A stretch of 62,718 bases of DNA. Origin: a bacterium (GTDB taxonomy: Bacteria; CG2-30-53-67; CG2-30-70-394). The stretch is taken from NCBI GenBank assembly GCA_036393335.1, contig DASWHD010000093.1, positions 1 through 62,718 of the forward strand. The letters are read 5' to 3'. A model generated the notes under the pieces. That model saw nothing but the letters and a program-made list of their open reading frames with translations, ran no database searches and was not told where the DNA came from. Both the position numbers and the translations under genes were made by a program. Below are positions 46,761 through 56,718 of the stretch, piece after piece. Position 1 is the stretch's first letter. Every line of letters begins with the position of its first letter.

Positions 46761-48114
46761 GGGGGCCACTCCTTTCAGGCACGACAGGTTCGACACTGAG
46801 CTCCATGCCACGGACGGCCACCACCCGTACCGGCTCGCCGACCGCGATGGGCCCACTGGCGCGGGCGTTCCAGATCTCGCCGTGCAGAAAGACCTTGCCC
46901 GCGGGGGCGAGCTCGGTGCGCGCCCGCCCGACCTCCCCCACCAATCCCCCTTGCCCGGTGACGGCGCGGCGTCGTTGCGCCTTCAGGCCCAGCCCCACGG
47001 CGAAGATGAAGAACGCCGCGGTCGTTGCTGTGGCGGGGATCAGGACCTGCCAGGCGATGCCGAAGTCCATCGCCTCCGGGACGTCGAACAGCATGATCGA
47101 GCCGATGGTGAACGCGATGATGCCACCGGTCGTCAGGATCCCGTGAGTGGGCACGAAGAGGTCGATGACGAACAGGGCGATGGCGAGGACGATCAGGGCG
47201 ACGCCCGCGGCGTTGAATGGCAGCATGCCGAGGGCGAAGGCGGCCAGGACGAGGGAGATGGCACCCGCGACGCCGGGGAAGATGGCGCCCGGGTTGGACA
47301 GCTCGAAGATCAGGCCGTACACCCCGAGGAGCATCAACAGGTAGGCGGTGTTGGGATTGGCCAACCAGCCGAGGAAGCGGTACTTGAAGGGCGTGGCCAG
47401 GGGAATCACCGCCGCGCCTTTGGTGTGCAGGATCGTGGGACCGGACGGCAGGTCGACGGTGCGGCCGTCGCAGGCGTCCAGCAGCGCCGGTAGGTCGGCG
47501 GCGATCAGGTCGATCACCCCTTCCTTCAGGGCCTCGTTCTCGGTGATCGAGAGTGACTCCCGCACCGCGCCCTCGGCCCACGTCGCATTGCGGCCGCGTC
47601 GCTCGGCGATGGAGCGGGCGAAGGCGGCGGCATCGTTGGTCACCTTCGCCTCCATCGTCTCACCCATCCCCTCACCGCCGCCGGGGGTGGAGATGGCCAC
47701 CGGGTGGGCGGCACCGATGTTGGTCCCGGGTGCCATCGCGGCCACGTGCGATGCGAGGGTGATGAACACCCCCGCAGAGCCGGCCCGTGCGCCACTGGGT
47801 GCGACGTAGATGATCACCGGCACCGGACTGGCGAAGATCGCCTGGACGATCTCGCGGGTCGAGGTGAGCAATCCGCCAGGGGTATCCATCTCGACCACCA
47901 GTGCCGCCGCGCGGCGCTGGCCCGCCTCCTCGATCGCTTCCTGGATGCGACGGCTCGCCACCGGGTCGATCGCGGCGGCCAGCGACAGGTGGAGCACGGT
48001 GCGTGGTTCCGTCGTTTCCCCTTCTTGACCCTTGGCACCACTAGGCGCCAGGAGGCTGAAGAGCAGCAGCGTGACGATCCGGGCTCGGCTCACACGGCTC
48101 ACAATGGTTCCCAT
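46750..48114 (-). CDS. NfeD-family membrane-bound ClpP-class serine protease
   Basis: ClpP-like N-terminal domain, TM block and C-terminal NfeD OB-fold (GEIWNARA). Canonical pairing with the SPFH gene. Confidence 0.85.
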   Translation of the reverse strand: MGTIVSRVSRARIVTLLLFSLLAPSGAKGQEGETTEPRTVLHLSLAAAIDPVASRRIQEAIEEAGQRRAAALVVEMDTPGGLLTSTREIVQAIFASPVPVIIYVAPSGARAGSAGVFITLASHVAAMAPGTNIGAAHPVAISTPGGGEGMGETMEAKVTNDAAAFARSIAERRGRNATWAEGAVRESLSITENEALKEGVIDLIAADLPALLDACDGRTVDLPSGPTILHTKGAAVIPLATPFKYRFLGWLANPNTAYLLMLLGVYGLIFELSNPGAIFPGVAGAISLVLAAFALGMLPFNAAGVALIVLAIALFVIDLFVPTHGILTTGGIIAFTIGSIMLFDVPEAMDFGIAWQVLIPATATTAAFFIFAVGLGLKAQRRRAVTGQGGLVGEVGRARTELAPAGKVFLHGEIWNARASGPIAVGEPVRVVAVRGMELSVEPVVPERSGPHDS

Positions 48115-48266
48115 GTCGCCAAGTCTAACCGGTATTGCTCGGGATGACCCCACAGCGATCGCCCGCCGCGCTGGCACGGGGAGCCGCCGCTCCACTTGAC
48201 CGCGTCGCAGGCCACAGGGAAACTACGTTGAGTCGTTATCACAGTTTTTTGAGGGAGGTTGCCGCG

Positions 48267-48668
48267 ATGACTGATCTATTTTCCCCTGATTGGATGAAGG
48301 CCTTTGGTGAGGAGTGGAACAAGGAGCCCGCTCTCAGCGACGCCCTGAGCAAGATCGGGTTCAACTCCAAGATTGCCTATGGGTTCGACGACGAGATCGA
48401 GCCCGCCGGCGAGCTCGTGATCGAGAACGGCAAGGTCGTGTATGCGGGCCCGGTCCGTGATGGCGACGAGCTCAACTGGGACCTGCGCGCCAAGAAGAAG
48501 AACTGGGAGAAGTGGTGTGAGAAGCCGCCGGGAATGGCCGGCCTGGGCATGGCCTACACCACGCGCAAGCTCAAGTTCGAGATCGGCGATTACGGCGCGA
48601 TGATCAAGGATCCCCGCATGGCGCCGCCGTTCATCAAGAGCTTCGAGGTGATGGGGCGGGTGTCGTAG
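48267..48668 (+). CDS. SCP2 (sterol-carrier)-like domain protein
   Basis: 133 aa with an SCP2-like pattern (W...F...N.......G....F; KLKFEIGD). ATG is preceded by GAGGGAGG. Confidence 0.55.
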   Translation: MTDLFSPDWMKAFGEEWNKEPALSDALSKIGFNSKIAYGFDDEIEPAGELVIENGKVVYAGPVRDGDELNWDLRAKKKNWEKWCEKPPGMAGLGMAYTTRKLKFEIGDYGAMIKDPRMAPPFIKSFEVMGRVS

Positions 48669-48700
48669 AGAGCTGTCAGCTTTTAGCGGTCAGCGATTCG
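48669..48700. repeat. Heptamer repeat (TGTCAGC TTTTAGC GGTCAGC GATTCGC)
   Basis: Read directly after the stop at 48668. Confidence 0.7.
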
Positions 48701-48762
48701 CTTCGGGTCGGGAGGGGGGCGTGGGTTGCCCCTCCCCGTTTTTTGTGCCGGGAACTGATCGG

Positions 48763-49614
48763 ATGGATCTCGCCGCGGCCCTCGGCAAGGCGGCCCGCGA
48801 GCGAGTGGGGCGGGTGAGCCCGCCGGAGGGTGCGGAGCGCGTCTTTCACGGCGACAGTGAGGGAGCGCCGGGTGTGCGCCTCGATCGCTACGGGCCGCAC
48901 CTGCGGCTAGAGCTGTTCGAGCCCCTGCCCGCTGCCCAGCGGGAGGCGGTGTTGGACGGAGTCGCAGGGCAGCTACCCGACGATGGCACCCTATTCCTCG
49001 TGGAGCGGTTCGCAAGCCACGGGGGCGCCATGGCCGTGCGCGGTCCGGCCAGCGACGGCGTGGTAGAGGTGCGTGAGGGGCGCGTGCGGTTTCGGGTGGA
49101 GCTGTGCCGCGGTCGCAACACCGGCCTGTTTCTCGACGGCCGCGCCGCGCGGCGCTGGGTGGCGGAGCTGGCGATCGCCGGCCCGGTGCTCAACCTCTTC
49201 GCCTATACCTGTGCCTTTGGGGTGGTCGCCGCGCTGGCCGGGGCGGCGACCACGGTCAACGTCGACATTGCCCCCGCCACCCTGGAGCGAGGGCGGGTCA
49301 ACTATCGGCTCAACGGCCTCACCACCCCGAGCCGCACCTTTCTGCGTGGCGATATCCGCAAGCGGCTGCAGTGGTTGGCCAGGCGCGGCGAGCGGTTTGA
49401 CCTGATCGTCGTCGACCCGCCACCGACCGCACCGCGACCGGCCGCCGATCGCCTGCGCGCAATCCTCGCACCGGGGGGGCGCCTGCTGTGGCTGCATCAC
49501 GGGGCCGGAGAGCCGGTCCTGGCCGGCGGCTTCGCGGTGCTGGAGGAGCGACCACCGGATCCAGACTTCCCTGGCCCGCCCTCCACCCGCGCCTTTCTCC
49601 TCGCCGCTCGCTAA
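48763..49614 (+). CDS. Class I SAM-dependent methyltransferase (RlmI/RlmK-like core)
   Basis: Motif I-like VLNLFAYTCAFGV and motif IV-like FDLIVVDPP. Start uncertain: ATG 48763 or GTG 48721. Confidence 0.68.
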   Translation: MDLAAALGKAARERVGRVSPPEGAERVFHGDSEGAPGVRLDRYGPHLRLELFEPLPAAQREAVLDGVAGQLPDDGTLFLVERFASHGGAMAVRGPASDGVVEVREGRVRFRVELCRGRNTGLFLDGRAARRWVAELAIAGPVLNLFAYTCAFGVVAALAGAATTVNVDIAPATLERGRVNYRLNGLTTPSRTFLRGDIRKRLQWLARRGERFDLIVVDPPPTAPRPAADRLRAILAPGGRLLWLHHGAGEPVLAGGFAVLEERPPDPDFPGPPSTRAFLLAAR

Positions 49615-49645
49615 CTGTGCCCGGCGGCGCCCCGCGGCGTGGCGG

Positions 49646-51025
49646 CTATCCGCCGCCGACCCGCGGCAGGAGGGTGGAGAGCAGGCCGACCGCGCCGCAG
49701 GCGCCGATCACCGGCACGATGCCGACCTTGAACCGGGTCAGGGCGAGGAAGGCGGCGACCGTCATCACGGCCGAGGGCCATTGGAAGCCATGCAGGACAC
49801 GGTGTGGGTCGAGGCCGCCGGGCCACAGGACGTGGTAGGCGAAGAACAGCGCCAGGTTCAGGACGACTCCCACGACGGCGGCGGTGATACCGGTGAGGGG
49901 CGCGGTGAACTTCACCTCGTGGCGGGTCGCCTCCACCGCCGGCGCCCCCAGGAGGATGAAGAGAAATGAGGGCAGGAACGTGAACAAGGTCGCCACCGCC
50001 GCCCCGCCGGCGCCGGCCGCTGCCAGGGCGTGGGTGCCGAAGACCGCATGGCTCCAGCCACCGACGAAACCGACAAACGCGACCACCATGATCAGCGGCC
50101 CCGGCGTCGTCTCCCCCAGCGCCAGGCCGTCGATCATCTGCAGGGCGGTGAGCCAGTGATACTGCTCGACGCCGCCCTGGTAGACGTACGGCAGCACCGC
50201 GTAGGCACCGCCGAAGGTGACCAGCGCCGCCTTGGTGAAGAACCATGCCATGCGCGTCAGGGTGCCTTGCCAACCGAACAGGGCGGCGAGCAGGCCCATC
50301 GCCACCAGCCAGAGGGCGATGCCTGTGGCGGCATAGCTCATCACCCTTCCCCAGGAGAAGCGAGCGTGGACCGGCAGGGGGGTGTCGTCGTCGATGAGCG
50401 CCGGCCCGAAGCTCCCTCTACCATCGCCGTGGTGGCCTCCGATCTGGAACGTCTCCGGGGCGAGGCGACCGCCCACAGCGCCCACCAGGCCGGCACCGAG
50501 GACGATGTAAGGGAACGGGACGTGGAGGGCGAAGATGGCGACGAAGGCCACCGCCGCCATCGTCCACAAGACGCGGTTCTGCAACGCCCGCGAGCCGATG
50601 CGGTAGGCGGCGAAGACCACGATCGCCGTCACCGCCGGTTTGATCCCGTACAGCACCCCGGCCACCGCCGGCACGTTGCCGTGGACGAGGTAGATCCAGG
50701 TGAGGGCGATCAGGATGAACAGCGACGGCAGGACAAAGAGGGTGCCGGCGATCAGGCCGCCGGCCGTGCCGTGCAGCAGCCAGCCGATATACGTGGCAAG
50801 CTGCTGCGCCTCCGGTCCAGGGAGAACCATGGTGTAGTTGAGGGCATGCAGGAAGCGCTGCTCCGAGATCCAGCGGCGCCGCTCCACCAGCTCCTGGTGC
50901 ATCATGCTGATTTGTCCCGCAGGGCCACCGAAGCCGATAAATCCCAGCTTCAGCCAGTAGCGCACCGCCTCGCGCAGGGTGATGGGGGACGGCGGTCCCT
51001 GGGGTGGGGAGGGGCTAGCCCGCAT
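49646..51025 (-). CDS. chrA: Chromate ion transporter (CHR family, two-domain ChrA)
   Basis: Duplicated CHR domains (GFGGPAGQI..., TFGGAYAVLPY...) and a polytopic topology. The only upstream in-frame ATG lies inside MITE copy G. Confidence 0.88.
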   Translation of the reverse strand: MRASPSPPQGPPSPITLREAVRYWLKLGFIGFGGPAGQISMMHQELVERRRWISEQRFLHALNYTMVLPGPEAQQLATYIGWLLHGTAGGLIAGTLFVLPSLFILIALTWIYLVHGNVPAVAGVLYGIKPAVTAIVVFAAYRIGSRALQNRVLWTMAAVAFVAIFALHVPFPYIVLGAGLVGAVGGRLAPETFQIGGHHGDGRGSFGPALIDDDTPLPVHARFSWGRVMSYAATGIALWLVAMGLLAALFGWQGTLTRMAWFFTKAALVTFGGAYAVLPYVYQGGVEQYHWLTALQMIDGLALGETTPGPLIMVVAFVGFVGGWSHAVFGTHALAAAGAGGAAVATLFTFLPSFLFILLGAPAVEATRHEVKFTAPLTGITAAVVGVVLNLALFFAYHVLWPGGLDPHRVLHGFQWPSAVMTVAAFLALTRFKVGIVPVIGACGAVGLLSTLLPRVGGG

Positions 51026-51245
51026 TTCTCACCAGGGATCGAGGCGAGACCGTGCAAACGCGCGGAGATCCTGGCTGGCCCGCGGTAGGAGCCGAATCCC
51101 TGCGGCGACCCAGGCCCGCAGGGCCTGGTGCGCGGATCGCCGGTGAAACCGGCTCCTACCCCTGGCGCGGACTCGTACGAGGTGGGCCAGGAGATGCGAG
51201 CGGTTGCGCGGTCGCAGCAGATTCATGGTGAAAAATGCGGGCTAG
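51015..51245. mobile_element. MITE-like palindromic repeat, copy G (231 bp, inverted orientation)
   Basis: CTAG-CCCGCATTTCTCACCA ... TGGTGAAAAATGCGGG-CTAG. Sits exactly between the chrB stop and the chrA start. Confidence 0.85.
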
Positions 51246-51864
51246 CCACCGGATGAGGTCCCAGGGGGCGGAGCGTCGGTATAGGCGCGGTAGAGGTGGT
51301 CGAGGATCGGCCCGGCCTGCGCGAGCAGCGCGTCGTCGTCCGTGGCAGCGGCCTTCAGCCCGGTGAGGATTGCGCCGAGGCCGGCGGCCTCCGCCACCGG
51401 GATCCCCCCGGCGTCCAGGTAGTGGACCAGGGCCCCGAGGCGCACCAGGGCCGGGTCCGACTCCAGGCCGAAGCTTGCCCGGAGGACCTCGAAGGTGACC
51501 CGCGGGCCGACATGGGTGAAGGTGGCGCCGTCGAAGTCGAACCCCAGGGCGTCGCTCGGACAGGCGCCGGGATCCGCCAGCCAGAGGAAGGTGGCGCGGG
51601 GATCGATGTGGCGGTGGATCAGCCAGGCAGAGGCGATCCGATCAACCCACAAGCCACGGCGGGTCGCCCACCGCCGGCCTCGGTCACCTCGTCGGCCTGA
51701 TGGCGCAGGGCATCGGTCGTCGCCGTGCTGCGTGGCAGGAGGTAGACCCCGTCCCGCAGGACCACCGCGCCCAGGGCCTTGACGGCGCGCCACACCCGCA
51801 TCCGCGGGGTGGCACTCTGAGCCGGAAGGGTGAGGATAAAGAGGAGCCACGGCTTGGCGCTCAT
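51242..51864 (-). pseudogene. chrB: chrB (chromate resistance regulator) with an internal deletion and frameshift
   Basis: The ChrB N-terminal motif (WLLFILTLPAQSATPRMRVWRAVKALGAVVLRDGVYLLP...EVTEAGG) is in one frame. The ChrB C-terminal domain (WVDRIASAWLIHRHIDPRATFLW...) is in another frame. The total is only about 207 codons, against my recollection of about 300+ for typical ChrB. Confidence 0.6.
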
Positions 51865-51965
51865 GAAGCATATGCTACATACATACAAGTAACACATCCT
51901 ACAAAAGAGCCGGTCTCGGGGGTGCAACGCCGGCGCCGAGCTTCTGCACTGCGCGAGCGGGCCCT

Positions 51966-52757
51966 ATGGTCTACCATCGTTTACTAGTGCCGCCGGTGAC
52001 GGGTCTGTCACCGGTGGCTGCTGCACCATCTCCCGTGCTGGATCACGTTCTCGACCTCTACCTCACCACGCCGTCGCCGTGCGGCTATGTGCCGGGCCGG
52101 GAGAGCGCCGCCGTGGTCGCCGACCCGGGGCGGATGATCGATTCGCCACTCTACGGGGTGCTCCTCGATCGCGGATTTCGCCGCAGTGGGCGGGCGTTCT
52201 ACCGGCCGCAATGCCCGGGATGCATGGCGTGTGTGCCGGTGCGGGTGCCGGTCGACCAGTTCGCTCCGTCACGTTCGCAGCGCCGGGTATGGCGCGCCAA
52301 CGAGGCGCTCCACGTGGTGGCCCGGGAGCCCGCATTCGACGAGGTCCACTACCAGCTCTTTCGCCGCTACCAGCGGGACCACCACGGAGACACCATGCAG
52401 CTCGTCCACGAGGGGGAGGACCTCCGGACGGGTTACTCCCGCTTCCTGGTGGAGTCGCCGGTGGCCACCCGGTTCTACGAATACCACCTAGGTGAGCGGC
52501 TCGTGGGCGTCGGCGTGGTGGACCACCTGCCCCAGGGCCTGTCCACGGTCTACTTCTTCTTCGATCCCGCGGAACGGAGGCGGAGCCTCGGTACCTACTC
52601 GGTCCTGTGGGAGATCGCGGAGACCCGTCACCTGGGGCTGCCCTACTACTACCTCGGGTATTGGATCCACGAGTGCCGCAAGATGGCGTACAAGGCGACC
52701 TTCCGACCACTGGAGTACCTGGTCGACGGCCAGTGGCAGGCGGAGCCACCGGGGTAG
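51966..52757 (+). CDS. bpt: Arginyl/leucyl-tRNA--protein transferase (Ate/Bpt family)
   Basis: CGYVPGRE, GFRRSG..FYRP.C..C..C and YYYLGYWI motifs. Confidence 0.85.
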   Translation: MVYHRLLVPPVTGLSPVAAAPSPVLDHVLDLYLTTPSPCGYVPGRESAAVVADPGRMIDSPLYGVLLDRGFRRSGRAFYRPQCPGCMACVPVRVPVDQFAPSRSQRRVWRANEALHVVAREPAFDEVHYQLFRRYQRDHHGDTMQLVHEGEDLRTGYSRFLVESPVATRFYEYHLGERLVGVGVVDHLPQGLSTVYFFFDPAERRRSLGTYSVLWEIAETRHLGLPYYYLGYWIHECRKMAYKATFRPLEYLVDGQWQAEPPG

Positions 52758-52838
52758 CTGTCAGCTCTCAGCGCTCAGCTTTCAGCTTGCGACAACCTCC
52801 TCGCTGGCCCTTCTTCTTGTAAGCTGACCGCTGACCGC
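52757..52838. repeat. Heptamer-periodic hairpin repeat
   Basis: TGTCAGC TCTCAGC GCTCAGC TTTCAGC ... AGCTGAC CGCTGAC CGC, filling the bpt-cobW gap. Confidence 0.75.
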
Positions 52839-52842
52839 CCCC

Positions 52843-53751
52843 ATGGAACCCATTCCCGCCACCGTCATCTCCGGCTTCCTCGGGAGCGGCAAGACGACCC
52901 TGCTCAACCGGTTGCTCGCGGCGCCGCACGGGCGGCGGATGGCGGTGATCGTCAACGAGTTCGGGGAGATTGGCATTGACGGGTCGCTGGTGGCCGGCGG
53001 AGAGCGCTTCGTGGAGCTCGACAACGGTTGTCTGTGCTGTGTGCTGAATGCAGATCTCGTGGAGCTGCTCGGGCAGTTGGGCAGCCGGACCGACATCGAC
53101 CAGGTGCTGGTGGAGACCACCGGGGTGGCGGATCCGCTGCCGGTAGGTTGGGCCTTTAGCCGGCCGCAACTCGCGGGGCGCTTTCGCCTCGACGCCCTGG
53201 TGACCGTGGCCGACTGCCTCAACCTGGAGGCCGCGGCGGACGGCTCACCCGAGGGACGGAGGCAGTTGCAGCGAGCCGATCTCCTGCTGATGAGCAAGGC
53301 CGACTTGGCGGACCCGGCGAGGGAGGCCACGGTGCGGGATCGGCTAGCCGCGCTCAATCCGCAGGCCAAGGTCTTCCGTACCACTGATCCGGCCGGCCTG
53401 GACCTTCTGCTGGAGACCGAGCTACGCGGTGAGTTTGCGGCGGCAGCGGCCGCCAGCGGCCAGATCCACAACCATCACGGCTTCGAGAGCGTCGCGGTCG
53501 AAGTGGGGAAACGGCGCGCCGACCGGGATGCCCTGGAGGACTTCCTGGAGACGTTGCCGGCTGCCGTGTACCGGTCCAAGGGGATCGTCCGGGTGGCGGG
53601 GGAGGAAGAGTGGCTCGTCTTCCACTCCGTGGCGTCCCGCCTCGATATCGATTTTCTCCCCCGCCATGACGGCGCCGGCGCCTTGGTCTTCATCGGCCAA
53701 GGGCTCGACCGGAAGGCCCTGCGAGAGCAGGTGGAGAGGTTGTTCCCCTAG
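52843..53751 (+). CDS. CobW/G3E-family GTPase (metallochaperone-type)
   Basis: P-loop [16 protein letters not shown] motif (GCLCC), and a C-terminal CobW_C-like domain. The TAG stop is the flank of MITE copy H. Confidence 0.85.
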   Translation: MEPIPATVISGFLGSGKTTLLNRLLAAPHGRRMAVIVNEFGEIGIDGSLVAGGERFVELDNGCLCCVLNADLVELLGQLGSRTDIDQVLVETTGVADPLPVGWAFSRPQLAGRFRLDALVTVADCLNLEAAADGSPEGRRQLQRADLLLMSKADLADPAREATVRDRLAALNPQAKVFRTTDPAGLDLLLETELRGEFAAAAAASGQIHNHHGFESVAVEVGKRRADRDALEDFLETLPAAVYRSKGIVRVAGEEEWLVFHSVASRLDIDFLPRHDGAGALVFIGQGLDRKALREQVERLFP

Positions 53752-53831
53752 CCCGCATTTCTCACCATGAATCTGCTACGCCCTCGCCACCCGGCCGGCC
53801 AGCAGGGATCCGTGGTGAGAAATGCGGGCTA
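53748..53831. mobile_element. Internally deleted MITE-like repeat, copy H (84 bp)
   Basis: Both termini are present (CTAG-CCCGCATTTCTCACCA ... TGGTGAGAAATGCGGG-CTAc) but the central GTAGGAGCC hairpin is missing. Confidence 0.8.
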
Positions 53832-53896
53832 CGGGAGAAGACCCGGCCGTATCCCCGCGCCCTGCGCAGAGTGGAGGTCGGGGACCGCCCCGGGGC

Positions 53897-56515
53897 ATGA
53901 TCGCCGCCATGGACGAGCCCCTCTTTCGCCAGATCGAGGCGGGTGCGGTGGTGGTCACCGCCACCCGCCGCCTCGCCCGGGAGATCGGCGCTGCCTACGA
54001 TGCGTGGCAGCGTGGCCGGGGCCGGGAGGCGTGGGCCGCAGGCGACGTGCTGCCCCTGGGGGCGTGGCTGCGCCGGGCGTGGCAGCAGAGCTGGCCCGAG
54101 ATCACCCTCCCCGCCGACACCCAGGCCGACGCCCTGTGGCAGACGGTGATCGAGGATGACCTCGGGGGCCGCCAGGGAACCGCGCTGCTGGAGGCCGCGC
54201 GCCTCGCCCCGGTGGCGGCGGAGGCGGGGCGGCTGGTGGCCGCCTACCGTATGCCCGCGGAGGGTTGGACCGAGGAGGAGCGCGCCTTCCTCCGCTGGCA
54301 TGGGCGCTTCCGGCGGCGCTGCGCGGAGCTCGGCTGGGTCGATCCCGCGACCCTCGCCGACCGGGTGGCGGAGACCCTCGCCGGGCAGGCCTGGCGGCCG
54401 CCGGTGACGGTGGTGGTCGCGGGTTTCGATCGCCTCACCCCGGCAGAGCAGGCCCTCCTGTCGGCCCTGGCGGAGGCGGGGACCTCGATCGACACGTGGG
54501 CGCCGCGGCGCCGCCCGGGCCGGGCGGTGCGGGTGGCCGCCCCCGACCCGGAGGGGGAGTTGGTGGCGTGCGCCCGCTGGCTGCGCCAGCAATGGCGTCC
54601 CGGCGTGCGCCTGGCCGTGGTGGTCCCCGACCTGGGCGAGCGCCGCACGGCGATCGAGCGCCTGTTCACCGCGGAGCTTGCCCCGGCGGCGGTCCTCCCC
54701 GGGGCGCCACGCCAGCGCGCCTTCGACCTCTCCCTCGGGCCACCGCTCGCCCACCATCCCCTGGTGGCCGCGGCCCTCGCGGCCCTGCACGCCACCACGG
54801 GCCCCCAGCCCTTCGCCAGGGCCGCCGCGCTCCTCACCAGCCCCTTCCTGGGGGAAGACGAGGCGGTGGCCCGCGCCCGGGGTGAGCTGGCCCTGCGGCG
54901 CCGTGGCACCGCGGCGACGCTCACGGACGTGGCGGCGTGCGCCGCCGCCGGCGGGGCCGCGGCCACCGCCGCGCGACTGCGCCGTCTCGCCCGGGCATTG
55001 CCGGCACCCGCCGCCGCGCCGCCAGGCCACTGGGCGGCCGCCTTCATCACCGCCCTGGAGGCGGCCGGCTGGCCGGGAGCGCGTACCCTGGACGGTGCGG
55101 AGGTCCAGGCCCGCGCCGCGTTCTACGAGGCCGTGGCCGCCTTCGCCGCCCTCGCCCCGGCGGTGCCGCGCCTCTCCCTGGCGGCGGCCATCGACCGCCT
55201 GGCTGGCCTGTGCGCGCACCCCTTCCAGCCGGAGGGGGGTGAGGCACCGGTCCAGGTGCTCGGCCCGCTGGAGGCGGCCGGCCTCGCCTTCGACGGGGCA
55301 TGGCTCATGGGGATGGACTCCCACACCCTCCCCGCGCCGCCGCGCCTCCACCCCCTCCTCCCGGCCAGCCTGCAGCAACGCCTCGATCTCCCCCACGCCA
55401 CCGCGCACGGGGAGCTGGCCTTCGCCCGCCACCTGATGGAGCGCCTCCTCGCCCTGGCCCCGGAGGTCGTGGCCAGCCATCCCTGCCGCGTGGGCGACGC
55501 GCCCCGCGCCGCCTCGCCCTTGATCCTGCCCCTGCCGGTCGGGACCCTGCCAGACGGCCCCGGCGCCTCCCTGTTGGTCGCCACCCTGGGACGGGGCGCG
55601 GTGGAGGAAGTGGCGGAGGTCACGCCCCCGCCGCTCGCGGCCGGGACGGCCGTGCGGGGCGGCGCCCGGGTCCTGGAGGATCAGGCCCTCTGTCCGTTCC
55701 GGGCGTGTGCTGCCCACCGCCTCGCCGCGCAGGTACTGGAGGCCGTGGAGGAGGAGCCGTCGCCGCGGACCCGTGGCACCCTGGTCCACCGCTGCCTGGA
55801 GCGGCTGTGGGCGGAGTGGGCCGACCAGGCGGGCCTCCTCCCCCTGACGGCGGAGCAGCGCGGCGAGCTGTGCCGGGCGATCGCCCGGGACGAGGTCGGG
55901 GGCAGTCGCCTGCCCCGCGCCCGTCGTCCGGTGGCCGTGGCCCGCCTCGCCACCCTCCTGGAGGAGTGGCTCGTGGTCGAGACCCACCGTTCCCCGTTCA
56001 CGGTGATCGCTCACGAGCGTGAGGTGGTCGCCGACATCGGGGGGTTGCACCTCGACCTGCGGGTCGACCGCCTCGACCGGCTACCCGACGGCCGCCTGGT
56101 GGTGATCGACTACAAGACCGGTGAGGTGCGCCGCGGCGACTGGTGGGGTGAGCGGCCCGCGGGACCGCAGCTCCCGCTCTACGCCGCCACCGTCGGCCCG
56201 GCCGTGGCGGCAGTGGCCTTCGGCCGCCTGCGGCCCGGAAAGTGCGCCCTGGTGGGGGTGGGCGAGGGGGAGGTCGGCCCCGACGTGGTGGCGCTGGACA
56301 AGGCGAGCGGCTGCCCGGCGGGGAGCTGGGCCGAGCTCCTCGGCCAGTGGCGCGCGGCGGTGGAGGGCCTCGCCGCCGCCTTCGCCCGCGGCGTCGCGGC
56401 GGTGGACCCCCTGCGCGACGCGGGCGGCCGGCCCGTGGCGTGCCGCCACTGCGATCTGCCCCTCCTGTGCCGCATCCACGAGACGGCGCCGGCCACCGAC
56501 CCGGAGGCCGGATGA
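53897..56515 (+). CDS. AddB-like PD-(D/E)XK nuclease / probable DNA repair protein with a C-terminal Fe-S cysteine motif
   Basis: About 870 aa with an inactivated-helicase-like N-terminal part. The C-terminal nuclease region (DLRVDRLD, VIDYKTG) ends in C-x2-C-x5-C (CRHCDLPLLC), with an upstream Cys. The ORF-track start at 53822 is inside MITE copy H. Confidence 0.72.
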   Translation: MIAAMDEPLFRQIEAGAVVVTATRRLAREIGAAYDAWQRGRGREAWAAGDVLPLGAWLRRAWQQSWPEITLPADTQADALWQTVIEDDLGGRQGTALLEAARLAPVAAEAGRLVAAYRMPAEGWTEEERAFLRWHGRFRRRCAELGWVDPATLADRVAETLAGQAWRPPVTVVVAGFDRLTPAEQALLSALAEAGTSIDTWAPRRRPGRAVRVAAPDPEGELVACARWLRQQWRPGVRLAVVVPDLGERRTAIERLFTAELAPAAVLPGAPRQRAFDLSLGPPLAHHPLVAAALAALHATTGPQPFARAAALLTSPFLGEDEAVARARGELALRRRGTAATLTDVAACAAAGGAAATAARLRRLARALPAPAAAPPGHWAAAFITALEAAGWPGARTLDGAEVQARAAFYEAVAAFAALAPAVPRLSLAAAIDRLAGLCAHPFQPEGGEAPVQVLGPLEAAGLAFDGAWLMGMDSHTLPAPPRLHPLLPASLQQRLDLPHATAHGELAFARHLMERLLALAPEVVASHPCRVGDAPRAASPLILPLPVGTLPDGPGASLLVATLGRGAVEEVAEVTPPPLAAGTAVRGGARVLEDQALCPFRACAAHRLAAQVLEAVEEEPSPRTRGTLVHRCLERLWAEWADQAGLLPLTAEQRGELCRAIARDEVGGSRLPRARRPVAVARLATLLEEWLVVETHRSPFTVIAHEREVVADIGGLHLDLRVDRLDRLPDGRLVVIDYKTGEVRRGDWWGERPAGPQLPLYAATVGPAVAAVAFGRLRPGKCALVGVGEGEVGPDVVALDKASGCPAGSWAELLGQWRAAVEGLAAAFARGVAAVDPLRDAGGRPVACRHCDLPLLCRIHETAPATDPEAG

Positions 56516-56626
56516 CTTGGCCTTATTTCTGACACCGCTCGATCGGCGGGTGGCGACCCGATGAACAACCGTGCGGTAGGTGCGAATTCATTCGCACGAC
56601 GCCGGAAGGTCCGGGGACACGGCGGC

Positions 56627-56644
56627 GGCCGAAAAAATTCGGCC
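56627..56644. terminator. Short hairpin between convergent genes (GGCCGAA-AAAA-TTCGGCC)
   Basis: 7-bp stem with A/T-rich surroundings in the 203-bp convergent gap. Possible bidirectional terminator. Confidence 0.35.
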
Positions 56645-56718
56645 CTACGACTGGGCTGCCTCGCCTCCCGCCAATGTGCCAGATTCATGGTCAGCATTCG
56701 GGCCAGCGGCGCACCGCC

